From a virus (taxonomy: Duplodnaviria; Caudoviricetes), in the IMG/VR virus record IMGVR_UViG_3300037484_000296, positions 26,268-90,267 of that record: a DNA stretch of 64,000 nt. One strand, written 5' to 3'. The notes beneath the pieces were generated by a model. It was not told the origin of the DNA. It did no database searches and worked only from the letters and a program-made list of their open reading frames with translations. The translations under genes were made by a program, and so were the position numbers. Every line of letters starts with the position of its first letter. The first letter of the stretch is position 1. Positions 1 to 12,500 of this stretch are shown in pieces.

Positions 1-24
1 CACGGGGTTGATGAAGCTCGGAGA

Positions 25-528
25 ATGCAAAAGTATGTCGATTCTCAACAACTTCAAAAGCGCCAACTCGACCTTGCCAATGCAAAGATTTTTCAGGACA
101 AGTACGGTATCGACATGACATCGGCACTCAAGAAAATGGAAATGCAACTGAACGCACCTAAGATCGCGGCGGAAACGGAGAAGTTGACGCAAGAGGCCAC
201 GGCGGTACCGAAGTTGGCGGAAGCGGATACGTCATACAAGAAGTCTTTGGCTGATAATAAATCTCTTTCTGCAAAAAGTTATCGCGGCCAATGGTTTGTA
301 GATCAAGGGAAAATCCTGACGAACAAACTTTATGATCCCTTGACCCCTGAAGAGGAAAAGCCCGCTATCAGAACGGCCTTGACGCAAATTGAAGGAGACC
401 TTGCGGAACTGGAAAACAAGAGGAGCGATACGAAGCCTGAAGGATTTGACGAAGAAGTAACGAACCCGCAGGGCATTAAAGGCTATCGAAACAAAGAAAC
501 TGGGAAAATATGGTTTCCGGGCGCATAA
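25..528 (+). CDS. Putative internal virion (ejection) protein, possibly 5'-truncated
   Basis: Helical Q/E/K-rich ORF directly upstream of the giant protein. Confidence 0.5.
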   Translation: MQKYVDSQQLQKRQLDLANAKIFQDKYGIDMTSALKKMEMQLNAPKIAAETEKLTQEATAVPKLAEADTSYKKSLADNKSLSAKSYRGQWFVDQGKILTNKLYDPLTPEEEKPAIRTALTQIEGDLAELENKRSDTKPEGFDEEVTNPQGIKGYRNKETGKIWFPGA

Positions 529-559
529 TTTCCTCCATTCAAAGACAGGAGTTTAAAAC

Positions 560-3500
560 ATGCCGATTGTATCGGATAAAGAGTTTGAAGGGATAAGTTC
601 TGCAAAATCAGGCCAGATTCTTGATGAGTCTGACTTTATGAAAATTGCCCCAAATGTCCCCAAACCAGATACGGGAGTTGCGTCTATGGAAGCTCAGGCG
701 TCTACCATTCCGCAGCCTAAGCCTGTTGCGAGCGCTATGCCTGATTTGTCCACTCCCGTACAGCCGACAAGCGCAATGCCGGACTTGAAACCCGACGCGT
801 CCCCTGTTTCCATAAAGAATGTCGCCAAAACATTAGGACAGGGCGCAATGGACGTAGCGGGCGGGGTATCCTATCTTTCGCAATTTGTAAATCCTATGGA
901 TCTCGTGCTGAAAGCCGCAGGCCGTAAAACCCTGGGCGAAAGCGGAATGGAGCTTTCCGAGAAGGCAAGTAAGGCGCTGGAAGAATCTATTCCTGAAGCA
1001 GAGCGCCCGAGGCCCATTTTCTCCGAGAATACGAAAATCATCGAACCGATACTCAAGGGAGAACTTCCGACCATTGAGCTTAACCCTGAAGCAAGATTCA
1101 GCGACGTATTCATGCAGGGAGTACGGCAGGTTCCCCAATTTTTCGGAGGCATTGCGGGAAAATCTGAAAAGGCCGTATCTCTTGCGAATACGATTGGACA
1201 AAAGGTACTTCCAAAGCTCGGATCAACGCTTGAGCAGAAAGCTATCAGTATGGCCGAGAAGCACCTTGCTAAAACGGGGATGAATCTCGGTACAGATGCC
1301 GCTCGCAAATATGCAGAAAACATAATCGGGCAGACCATCATGCAGGCCGGCATCGGAGCGGCGCAAACCGGAGGCATGGACGCTGCTTCAGCCTATACTG
1401 ATGTAATGAACATGAAGCCTGAAGAGCTTCAGAGTACAGAATACAAGGACACCTATAACGATCTTCTTGCAAAAGGGCAAAACCCGGAAGACGCTAAGCG
1501 AATTCTTGCCAACGGGATTGCAAATCAGGTTTTTATTAAAACGGCGCCTTCGGGCATTCCGTCTCAACTTTTGGAATTTGTTCTTCCTGAAATATTGCAC
1601 GGCGGCAGGCTGAAAAGGTCAGTCAAAGGATTCCTTGCAGGCGCTCCCGGAGAGGCTTTGCAGGAAGGGTACGAGCAGAGAATCCAGAACGTTGAAGAGC
1701 AACGGGCTAATCCTGCAATAAATCCAGAACAAGGCGTAGCAGAATCAATGCTGCTTGGTGGGTTAATGGGCGGTCTTCCGGGTGCCGCGCAGGGATTAAA
1801 AGGACGTCCAGAAGCCAAAAAACCGTATGTGCCGAACCTTGAGAATCAATATTCCCCCGTCTTCCCGGATCTCACGATACCCCCGGCAGATAAAGCCGCT
1901 CCCGCAGCCCCGATAGCTGACTTCGATCTTACCTCCATGCAGCCGACCGAGCGAGGCCAGAAGATAATTTCCGCCATGCCCCAGATGCAGGCGCTCAAGG
2001 AAACCACGGCAGCATGGCGACAGGAAGCGGCTCAGGGCCGTCCGGCACCGTTTACCGGGCCGGGAACGGCAATGCCGCCCATAGATTTGACCGCGCAGGA
2101 TATCTTGAGCCAGCAGGCAGAACCGCAGGGCCAGGAAGAGCGTGGCAGGCCCGTTCCGGTAATTCCGTCATATTCTACAGAGCAATTTGAGCCCGGAACG
2201 ATCATGGACGCGGAAATTCCGACAAGGGAATTTACGCCGCCTCCGCCCTCACAATTCGCTTCATCGGTGGAAAAAGCAAGAGCGAAGCAGGGGCCACGTA
2301 AACCGCTTGAAATGGCGAGGCCGACAGAAACGGCCATGCCTGCTTTAGAAGGCGAGATTATGTCCCCGACAGCGAAGCAAGGGGCCGTTCCTTCATTGGA
2401 AAGCAACATCATCGAGGGGAAGGCGATTGAAGAGGATCGGGAACTTACAAGAAAGATAGATCAGGCCGCGTACAAGGCGGAAATGCCGAAGTCGGAAGCT
2501 CAAGCCTCTGCCGGAAACTATCGTCAAGGCGCTATCGTGCCTGTTCAGGGCCTCAATTTCCGGGCTGAAACCCCGAGGGGCATGTTCCGGGGAGGAAAGA
2601 ACAAAGACACCGGGGAAGTTTGGCGAACCAAAATGGAAGCTCATTATGGAAAATTAATCGACCTCCCCGGCGCTGATGGGGATGCAATGGACGCCTTCAT
2701 CGGGCCGAAACCGACCTCCCCGACCGTCTTTGTGGTAAATCAGGTCAACCCGAAGACGAAAGCCTACGACGAAAATAAAATTATGATCGGATGGGATTCT
2801 CTCGAATCAGCCAAACAAGCCTATATGGATCACTACGCAAAAGGCTGGCAGGGCTTCGGCGGTATCGTTCCCATGACCGCAGAGCAGTTGAAGCAGTGGG
2901 CGACCAAAGAGAACGTGAAGAAGCCTGCCCCGATGCTCCCGGCACCGGAAGCGAGGAAGGCGCTACCAGCGCCAGAAATTGCAGGGAAGCCGACAAGTGC
3001 AATGCCGGAAAGCTTACAATTGCCGCCCGAAAGGTTGTCAATTCCCGATCAAAAGGTTGTCAAAAGGCCGGTCCAGGCAGAGCAGAAGGCACTCCCAGCG
3101 CCGGAGCCCGTTTCACCGCCCGTTGAAACCGCCCCGGACAGTGAAACCAAGCCCTCTTTCGACGAACCCCGCGCAAAGAAGCTGATCGAAAAGCAGGGCA
3201 TGATTTACAAGGGAACGCAGGAAGACGCTGACGGGAACCCGGTGGACGTTTTATTTAACGATCCTCAGACCGACAACGCAACCTACACGCTCCCGGTCGG
3301 CAAAGTAAACGCCATGACCATCGCCCGGAAGATCCGAGAGAAGAGGGCAGAGTTTGCGAAAGCGCAGAAACCACAAGAAAAGGTTGTGGAACCGGAGAAA
3401 AAAGAAACTCCAATTGTCAAGGAATCCTTACAAGTTGGCTCCACCGTCCGCGTAGGGAACTCCCCTGAAGTGCATACTATTGAGAGAGAACTTCCCCAAA

Positions 3501-6500
3501 CTGAATCCGAAAAGGAACTCGGAGAAAAGTATTTTGACGTAAAGAACTCTAAAGGAGAGATCGATACTTACGAGGCAAAGGATTTAAAGCCCGTAAAAGT
3601 AGCGGAGAAAAAAGAGGAGGTGGAAGGCGGCTCGAAAGTCAGGACGATCCACGCTCTCATTGAATCCGGCGACAAGGAAATTACCCGCAAGGAAATAGCG
3701 AACCTCTACGAAGTGAAGCAGAAGCAGCTTTACAAAGGCCACATCATGACCGCCGGGGATGTTATCAGGGATTACCTGAAGCCGAACGGGATTAAGGTTG
3801 TGGGGAAGAAGACGGAGAAGCCATCTATAAAGACAACTTTAACAGTTGCCGGGAAAGGAGGGACGCCGAATGAAAAAGCAGTGCGACAAGAAGATGCCGA
3901 TGATGCCGCAGCCGAAGCCGGGCAAAAAGAAAAAGTAGCGACGACAACAGTAAAGTTGGGCGGGAAAACTGAGAAAACGGCCATGCCGGACACCGCCCAG
4001 ACTTCACATTTTCAAAAACTCAAAAAAGAACTTGCCTCGCTTAAAGGTAAGAATGACGAACAATCTCAGAAGCGCAGGGTTAACATCCTAGACGAACTCG
4101 AATCGTACCAGGAAGAAACTGCGCCTACTCCTGAAAAAATAAAGTCAGACAGGCAGGCCGCGGATGAATTTTTAAAGAAAAAACTCACTGAATCCCAGAT
4201 AGCCGGGGTAGCCGTCCGTCAGCAGGAAGAAATCCCGAAAGAGGTTGTGAAGGATGCAGTCGAGGCCGCTCCCGGAACGACCGCAAAGGAACTCAAGGCT
4301 CAAAAGAAATTCCTGATCGAGCATGTTGACGAGGCGATTAAGGATGCGCCGGAAGAAATCGAAGGGCTTGACCGAAAAGTTCAGCAAATTAATGACATAA
4401 ATAATAAAGCAAAAGCGGCTTACGACAAAGCTGCGAATCTTCGCCACTACAAGAAAGATGAAGATCAAGTACAAAAGTTGTTCTCTGAACGAGAAGCATT
4501 TCATAGGCAGGCGCGTGAGATTCAGGCAACTATCCCATCCGTAACCATAGAAGTCCCAAATGACGGAAACTTTACCGTATACAATGATAAAGCTACGCTC
4601 AAGAAGTTCAAAGAAATTGTAGCGAAGCAATTCCCGACGACGCCCGAGAAGGCGAAGAACTTGACGCAGCCTAGTGGGAAGGCGAGGGGATACCGAGCTC
4701 CGTCAGAACTGGAAGAGGGTATAGACTTCAAGCTGAATGGAAAGCCTGCATATACTAACGGGCACCTTTTGCTTCTTGGAGAGACAAAGGCGATCCCCGA
4801 AACTCTAGCGAAAAGATGGGGCGGGGCAGACAAAGAGACAAACCAGGAAAACCGCGAACGTCTCGCGGAGCAAGCAAAAAGACTTTTCGCGGAAAACGCA
4901 GAAAAAGCGAAGTTGCCCGTTGGCAAGATCAAATTCGTCGCGATTGACGAAAAGCCATACAATCCGGCAGATAAGAAGAACGACTTCCCTTACGGAGTGG
5001 CCGATTATCCAATTAGAGGGGAGAAGCAAAGTACTACAGTTCTTATTTCTGGTGACGTGTCAAACGCGATCAGCACAGACTATTACCAGCACATCATAGA
5101 CCACTACCCAGATGCAACGTTTAAAATCGGCGTGGAAATGTCTAAGGGCGACAATATATCCCCGGTCGGCGTCTACAGTAAAGGCAAACACGCAGGCATA
5201 GTTATGCCGTGGCGCTCGTCCGACGCGGTACAGATTGCCCGCGAACACATGCAGGAAGAAAGCGCAAGCGGAAAGACGGAGAGCGTGAAGGCCCCTAAAC
5301 AGGAAGAGATAAAGTCCGAGGCCCCGAGGGAAGCGCCAAAATACGCCTCAAGGGATTCCGACTTCACCAAAATCTCCGACTATATAAGCAAGAACTACGG
5401 CTCAAAAGTCAACATTCCCGCCTTCACTTCCAAGTTGCGGGAAATGGTAAAAAGTGCTACAATTACGGCAGAAAACGCGGAGAAAGTAATAGCTCGCCTG
5501 AAAGCAACAGGTGAAGTTACTATCCCCAAGTCGCAAGTGCTTGAAATAGCGGCAGAAGAGGGAAGCAATGTCACAAGACAAATCAAAGCCGAAAGATCGG
5601 GAGATAACTTGCGGGTCCCAGAGTCTTATGGCCCGCTCGAACTCGAAGCATTCCGCTTGGTTGAAGAAGATTTGGGGCGCACCATTGCCCCCTCTTCCAG
5701 AATCAGCCCAATCCAAAAACAAGTAGCAGGCGAATGGGAAAAATTCACCGGCACGAAGATTCTTTTTGCCAACAGCAATAACATTCCTTTCGATGGTGCA
5801 GTCCCGAAAAAGGGTTACATCATTGTCTCTGACGCACTCGATACGCCTCAACTCCTTTCAAAAGTAATCGGTCACGAACTGTTCCATAACATCGAACACG
5901 TAGCGAAACTGTCTCCTGAACTCGAAGCCAAGTATAAGAACTTTTCCGAGATTGCCAGAAGGCTTATAACCGACGCCAAAGTAAAAGAGTTTATGGAGGT
6001 CGAGAATAAGAAGCGTGTAAATCGTCTCGGCATGAAGCAGCTTGAGACCGTCGAAGAGGCATGGAGCGAATATGGCGCTCACATTCTGGGAGACGCGATT
6101 CGAGACAAGCGATTCTATGAGCGCATGTATCAGCAGGATCGTAACCTATTTGAAAAGTTTGTTGACTACATTGTAGGAGTATTCAAGAAATTAAAAATCC
6201 TTTCTCCTGATGTGGTAGAGAGTGAATATTACTCCCCCGAACAGGCGGTAAGGCTTATTAATGAATCTTCGGATTTGTTTGCTCAGTATCTTCGGGTAAA
6301 AGATGATTTCGGGGTAGTGTCCGGGGAGAGTGCGCAGGGTCCGGCGTATTCGACGAAACCAAATCAGAAATCACTTGATTCAATTGTGGGCAAATGGGAA
6401 AAACTTGGAGTCGCAATAGACGCTTTTGACTATCGCAACAAAAAGAATACTCGCATCCCTCGTCAATTATTGTCGATTAACCGAATTGAGGTAGACAGAG

Positions 6501-9500
6501 ACAAGCGCAAGCGCGGACTCGGCACTATGGCGATGCACGACCTGACAGATTTTGCTGATGAGAATGGATTGCGCATCGAGCTTTCCCCGGATGATAGTTT
6601 GGGGGCTACGTCAAAAGGCAGGCTCAAAGAATTCTACAAGCGTTTCGGATTTGTAGAAAACAAAGGGCGCAATAAAGATTTCCGCACTTCGGCAACAATG
6701 TACCGTGAAGCTATCACCGCTGAAGGCCAACCCCTCTACGCCGCTCAAGGCATAGCAGGAAAAGGTATGTCTAAACACGATGCAATTTTCGAGATGAAGA
6801 AGTTGGATATCGACTTTGACAATCTGGAAAATTTTGTCGTTGTGGAAAATGAAGCGAGACTTCCCGAAAACATTCAGAATGATATGTTGTCTAAAGGCCT
6901 TTCTGGGACTATTGAAGGGGCCTATGACGCTGACGCGAATGCTTTCTATATCATCGCGGGGAATATAGCCTCGGAGAAAAGATTGCAGCAAGTTGTTCAG
7001 CATGAGTTAGTTCATAAGGGTCTTCGTAACGTTCTCGGTCCCAGAATCGAACCCATATTCACCGCGATAGGGAAAAAGTACAGAAACGAAATTCGGGAAA
7101 TTGCAGACGAATATAACCTGAACGTAAACAAGAAGACAGAAATGCTCACGGCAGTAGATGAGTTTATAGCCCGATACGGCGAAGAGTACAAGGAACAACC
7201 GCTAATCAAACGAATGATCGCAATAGTCCGTAGCTGGCTTAGGAACCACGGCTTCACAGTAGACTGGTCAGACAACGATATTCTTAACCTTGCCGGTGCC
7301 GCCCTTAAAGCCGAGGGCATGGGAGAAGGGGTAAGGTACTCGTTTGCCGGGAAGAAAGCAAAGGGATTCAACGAGGCTCAAGGGAAGTTCTCCGACCTTG
7401 CGGACAGGCAGGAGAGGTTTGAGATTGATGATAACAAGGCAGAACTGCAAAATATTAAACTTGATAGCGAAGGAGTAGCGAATAGAACTATTTTACTTTC
7501 TGAAGTGCTTAGCCATGCCGAACTCTTTAAGGCGTATCCTGAATTTAAAAGTATGCTGACAAATATCAGTATTGACCCTAGCCTAGAAGAGAGCAATGGA
7601 CGATTTGACGAGGGAACGCCTGACACTAAAAGGTATTTTGGCCGCGAACCTGAAATAACAGTGAATGCTCGTAATTTGGAAGAAGCAAAAGATGTCCTGC
7701 TGCATGAAATACAACACGCACTTCAAGTAAGGGAGAATTTCGCAAAGGGCGGAATGCCAACGGTGGGGGGAGCAACGGAGTTGAAAGACCGCTTTGAAGA
7801 AATGCAAGACGAGTATAATCGTTTGAAGAAAAAACTGTGGGCCGAGCGAACGACAAGAGAAAATGCACGATTTGGTACGCTTGAGAATGAAATACGATTG
7901 CTCGCCAAGAGACTTGAAGGAGAATCAGTTGATCGATATCGCCGCCTCTCCGGCGAAGAAGAAGCCCGTCGCGTCTCCGCTCGCGCCGACATGACCGCAG
8001 AAGAAAGGCTTGGCACTCCTTACGAACGTACTGACCTTAGAGAAGGAGAAGAGAGGATCGTCAGGAGAGAGGGAGGGGTTGCGGAATCTAAAGAATCTGG
8101 TAAAATACCCCCCATGACCCCAAAGAAGGGGGCGGGCGAAAAACCCACTGAGAAAAACCCTGTAACGCCCGGAAGTGGGAATCAAGTTTATCGGTCGCGA
8201 GGTCCTGAAGATGCGCAATTAATGCGCGAAGAAGACCCGAACGGAAGTCTTGCAAACTACGATAAGCAAAGTCAGCGTGAATGGCTACGCGGCGCCAACC
8301 CCCCGTCGGATGGTAAAATTACGCTGTATCGCGCAACGCCGGAAGGAAAAGAAATTGCAGCGGGGGATTATGTAACAAGCAGCCGCAAGTACGCCGAGGA
8401 CCATATTAAAAACAATCTCGGAGGTGAGGGTAAGATATCGCAAATCAGCGCAACGCTTGATGATATTTATCCTGCCGATGGGCCGGGAGAGTTTTGGTAC
8501 GCTCCAAAAAACATCCTCACTGAAAAACCCGAGAGCAAGCCCGAGGGTGGGAAGTGGACGGCAAAGGGATGGGTAGTTGATTTTAACCCACAGCCTATAC
8601 TTGATAAGTATGGCCTCAAAAATGGCGATGAAGATATTTTACAAAAATTCGCAGGTGAAGGCGGGTTTATAAGCGATCTTTCTCGCTCTCAAGGGGAAAG
8701 GTACAACGGCTTAGAGCAGCAAGGTTTTATAGAAAGGAAGCATCAGGACGTTGGCCCTGGGGAATTAATGGGACAAGGTTTCCCGGCCAAAGAAGTTGAT
8801 AGGATGATATTGACTGACAGGGGAAGAGAACTCTTGTCAGGGATTAAGCGTGTCCACCGGGAAGCGGAGAAGAAATTTTTCGATCAATTAGCGTCCTCTG
8901 ACTCCCCCCGGTCGCCACAGTCGGGCGACCAAGCAGCACTCTCACGTTCATTTCAGGAAGGAGAAGAAAATGTGCAAGGTAATGAAGGCTTGCCAGAATC
9001 CCAACCCGGAATGGGTGAGGTTTATGGAGAGCCTGGCGCGGGAAGAGAGGGAGTTAATAAACTCAGGCCCGCTTCTGTCGGGAGCGAGCAAGGAGATAGA
9101 CGAGAGGATAGAACTACTAGAGGCGCTAATGGGCCGATACTTAGCAACCCGTCCTTCCGCAAATGGTTTGGAAACTCTGTAGTCACCGTGGATGGGAAGG
9201 CGGGATCGGAGCCGCTGGTGGTGTATCATGGAAGCCCGATAAAAGGGTTTGAACAATTTGATAAAAACAAAATAAATCCATATGACCCTGATGGCCCGTA
9301 TAATGGATTTTATTTTACCTCAGACGAGAAAGACGCACGGCGCTCAGGAGACTTCCCGTGGGGCAGGCCCAATACAAAAGGGGGCGGGGAAACGAGAGCG
9401 TATTATTTAGCCCTCCAGAATCCCGCGACAAGAAGCTACGCTCGTAAAGTGGCAAATGAAATTGCAAATACTTGGGAACAAAAGTATCCAGAAGCACGGT

Positions 9501-12500
9501 CCTTGAATGACGCCGTTAGAATGGATTTGCAGACTCGTGGACACGATGGGATAATTCACGAACCCTATTTTGTTCCGAGCAAAGAAGAATTTGAGCGTAG
9601 CGGTAAGGTTTCACTGAACAAGTTTGGTCGAGAATTAAGAAAAAGCGAAGAATATCCGGGCGGAGTGGACCTGTATAGCGGGAATGAACATATAACCGGG
9701 TATACAGATTTTAATGAAGCTGCGGATATGAACAGGCACGGGGTGTTTATTGCTTTTGAACCCACTCAAATCAAATCCGCAACCGGGAACACTGGAGAAT
9801 TCTCCCCTGAGAACCCCAATATTCTTTACTCCAAAGCCCGTGGCGCGAAGGTGGCGAGTGAGGCTACCGAAAAACTAACTCCTTATTCAGCAAAGCCGGA
9901 AAACAATATTTTCACGGAAATAGCGAGCAACCCAAAACGGTTCTACAGATCATACCGTCAGTCATTCGCGGATAACGATCTTTCTAAGCTGGAAAGATTG
10001 ATCGGCCTCCCGCACTGGATTGCCAAAAATTTTGCAGACTTCGACCGGGTGATGGATGTTGAAGAGATCCGACAAGAAAACAGGGACACCCTGAGAAACG
10101 GACTGCTTTCGGCAAGGATCAAGAAGAACAAAGACGGAATGCACGAATTCCTTGCCCTCCCGAAAGAGTCAAAGAAGAAGGTTGAAAAGTACCTACTTAA
10201 GTCCGACAAGGAAAATAGGGTGATGAATCCCGACGAATTGAAGGGGCTCGATACCGAAAGCAAATCGGCCTACTATTCTTGGAAGCGGGCTATGGATGCG
10301 GCGCTTGAACTTCGTATGCAGTGGCTTGAAAAAATGAACCTGCTTCCTTACGAGGACAAGTCCTGGTTCGAATCGCTCAAAAACGTCACATCTCAAAAGG
10401 GAAAGAAGAATAGGGATAAAACTAAAAAACAGGTACTTTCATCAATACCGGAAGATAGCCATAGAGCTTTCAACGAAGCCTATAACGCGGTGATTTTCGG
10501 GAGAACCGAGATTGCCAAGATGCGCAGACAGATAGGCCGAATCAAGTTCTATGTGCCCCATCAGAGAGAAGGAAATTATGTAGTTGACGTTCATGATCCG
10601 AGAGTAGCAAAGCCGACTGAATGGAATGAGAAGTTCATGGGTCCGTGGAAGGGAAGGCTCATTTGGTCGGAAAGATCTACAAATAAGGTCAAGGGAACAG
10701 AGACCCTGCTGAGACTTCAGCAAAAGTTTCCGGGCATGAAGATGTCTGAATACGTTTCAAAACAAGTGCCGGAAGAGATTTATCAGGCGATTTCCGAGGC
10801 AGCCATTGAAAGGTTCGTCGAGGGCAGTTTGAAACGCGCCGAATCCAAGGAAGGGGTATCTCCTGAAGCGGCTCACGCTCTTAGAAATGCGCTCTTTGAA
10901 ACCGTAACCGACGACCTCAGAAAGCGGGGATGGGAGAGACACGCTATTCATCGGTCGGAAACATGGGTCGGCGGATATGAAACGGAAAATCTTGACAAGG
11001 CTTTTGTTGATTACATGTCCGGGCTGTCCGGGTCTTTGACAAAGATGGAAGCGGCGTATAGATATACTCAAGCATTAAAGCAAATCGACAAGAAAAAGAC
11101 CGAACTCTACGCCTATGCGCAGAATTACGTTAAAAACCTGACCCGAAACCAGACGGATATCGACCGAAAAGTAGGAAAAGCAAAAGCGGCGGCGTTTTTC
11201 ATGTATATTACCGGGAAATTAAGTATGGTGCCTATCCAGCTTACGCAGAACTTCGTTACAGGCATTCCCCAGCTTGGACGCTACACAAGGGGCGCGGGAA
11301 GGAAATACAGCAAAGCTATGGCCGACGTAGCGACGCAGGGGCGCATTTCTAAGCTTTCCCCTGTCGAGCAAGCTGCTTTAAAGGACTTTCACGACAAGGG
11401 ATTAGATCAAGCGAAATTCTTAAACGACATTATGGGTCAGGTAGACGGCTATACGAAGGGAGCTTGGAATAAGGTTAACCGGGGACTCGGATTGCCCTTT
11501 TTCGCAATGGAACATTTTAACCGAAAATCTGCTTTTCTTGCGGCATACCGTGTTTTTGAGAATAAAAAAAACATCGACAATGAAAAGGGCTATGACGCAG
11601 GGGCCTTTAAGAGAGCTACAGATTTTGTACACGATACCCATTTTCAGATGGGAAGGGCAAATAAGCCTGAATTGGCAGCCGGGCCGGGGCCAGGCGGGGC
11701 ATTGCTTAATGCGGCATATACCTTCAACTCCTTCTCTCACAACTTCGTACTATCTCTCGCGGATGGGTTTAGGACGGGGAACGCAAAAGAGGGGGGATTA
11801 TTGGCGCTCAGAAGTCTTTTTTGGCTTACTATACTTGGCGGAATGACCTCAATACCCTGGTGGGATGACTTTTTGGATATCATGGAGAAACAATTCGGCT
11901 GGACTACACGGGCGACCGAGCGAAAATTCCTTCGAACTATCGGCGGGGAAACGCTGGAAACTTTCGGCATGCACGGGCTCCCGGCGCTTCTTGGATTTGA
12001 CCTGTCGGGAAGCATGAAAACCGCGATCCCATTCCATGAGGGAGTTTCCGAGACCGCTATGGGGGTTTATGGTGGACTTCTGGAAAAACTGTCGAGGGGG
12101 GCAAAGTCATTCAATCGGGGAGACTATTGGAGGGCGGCTGAACAGTGGAGCCCGTTATTCCTTGAAAACGCCATGAAGGGCGTAAGAATGTATGGAGAGC
12201 CTGCCACCACTCCGGGCGGCAGAATAGTTTATGATGCGGAAGGAAATCCGATAACCTTGAACGCAAAGGAGGCCGCAGGACAATTCTTTGGGATCAGGCC
12301 GGAAAAGGTATCCACAGCGCAGGCCAAGCGGCAGGAAATGATAAATACCGTCACCTACTACGCGGAACAGAAACAAGCGATCTACGATGAATTTGCGCTG
12401 GCTAATACCGCAGAGAAGCGAGCGAGAGTCATGAAAAAAGTGCGACAGTTCAATAGTAAAGTGAAAGACTTGAAAGGAGCGGTGCCGCTTATTACGGCGG

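Noticed and set aside
833-12376. Antisense and alternate-frame ORFs within the giant gene
   Set aside because: Shadow ORFs lacking RBS or motifs
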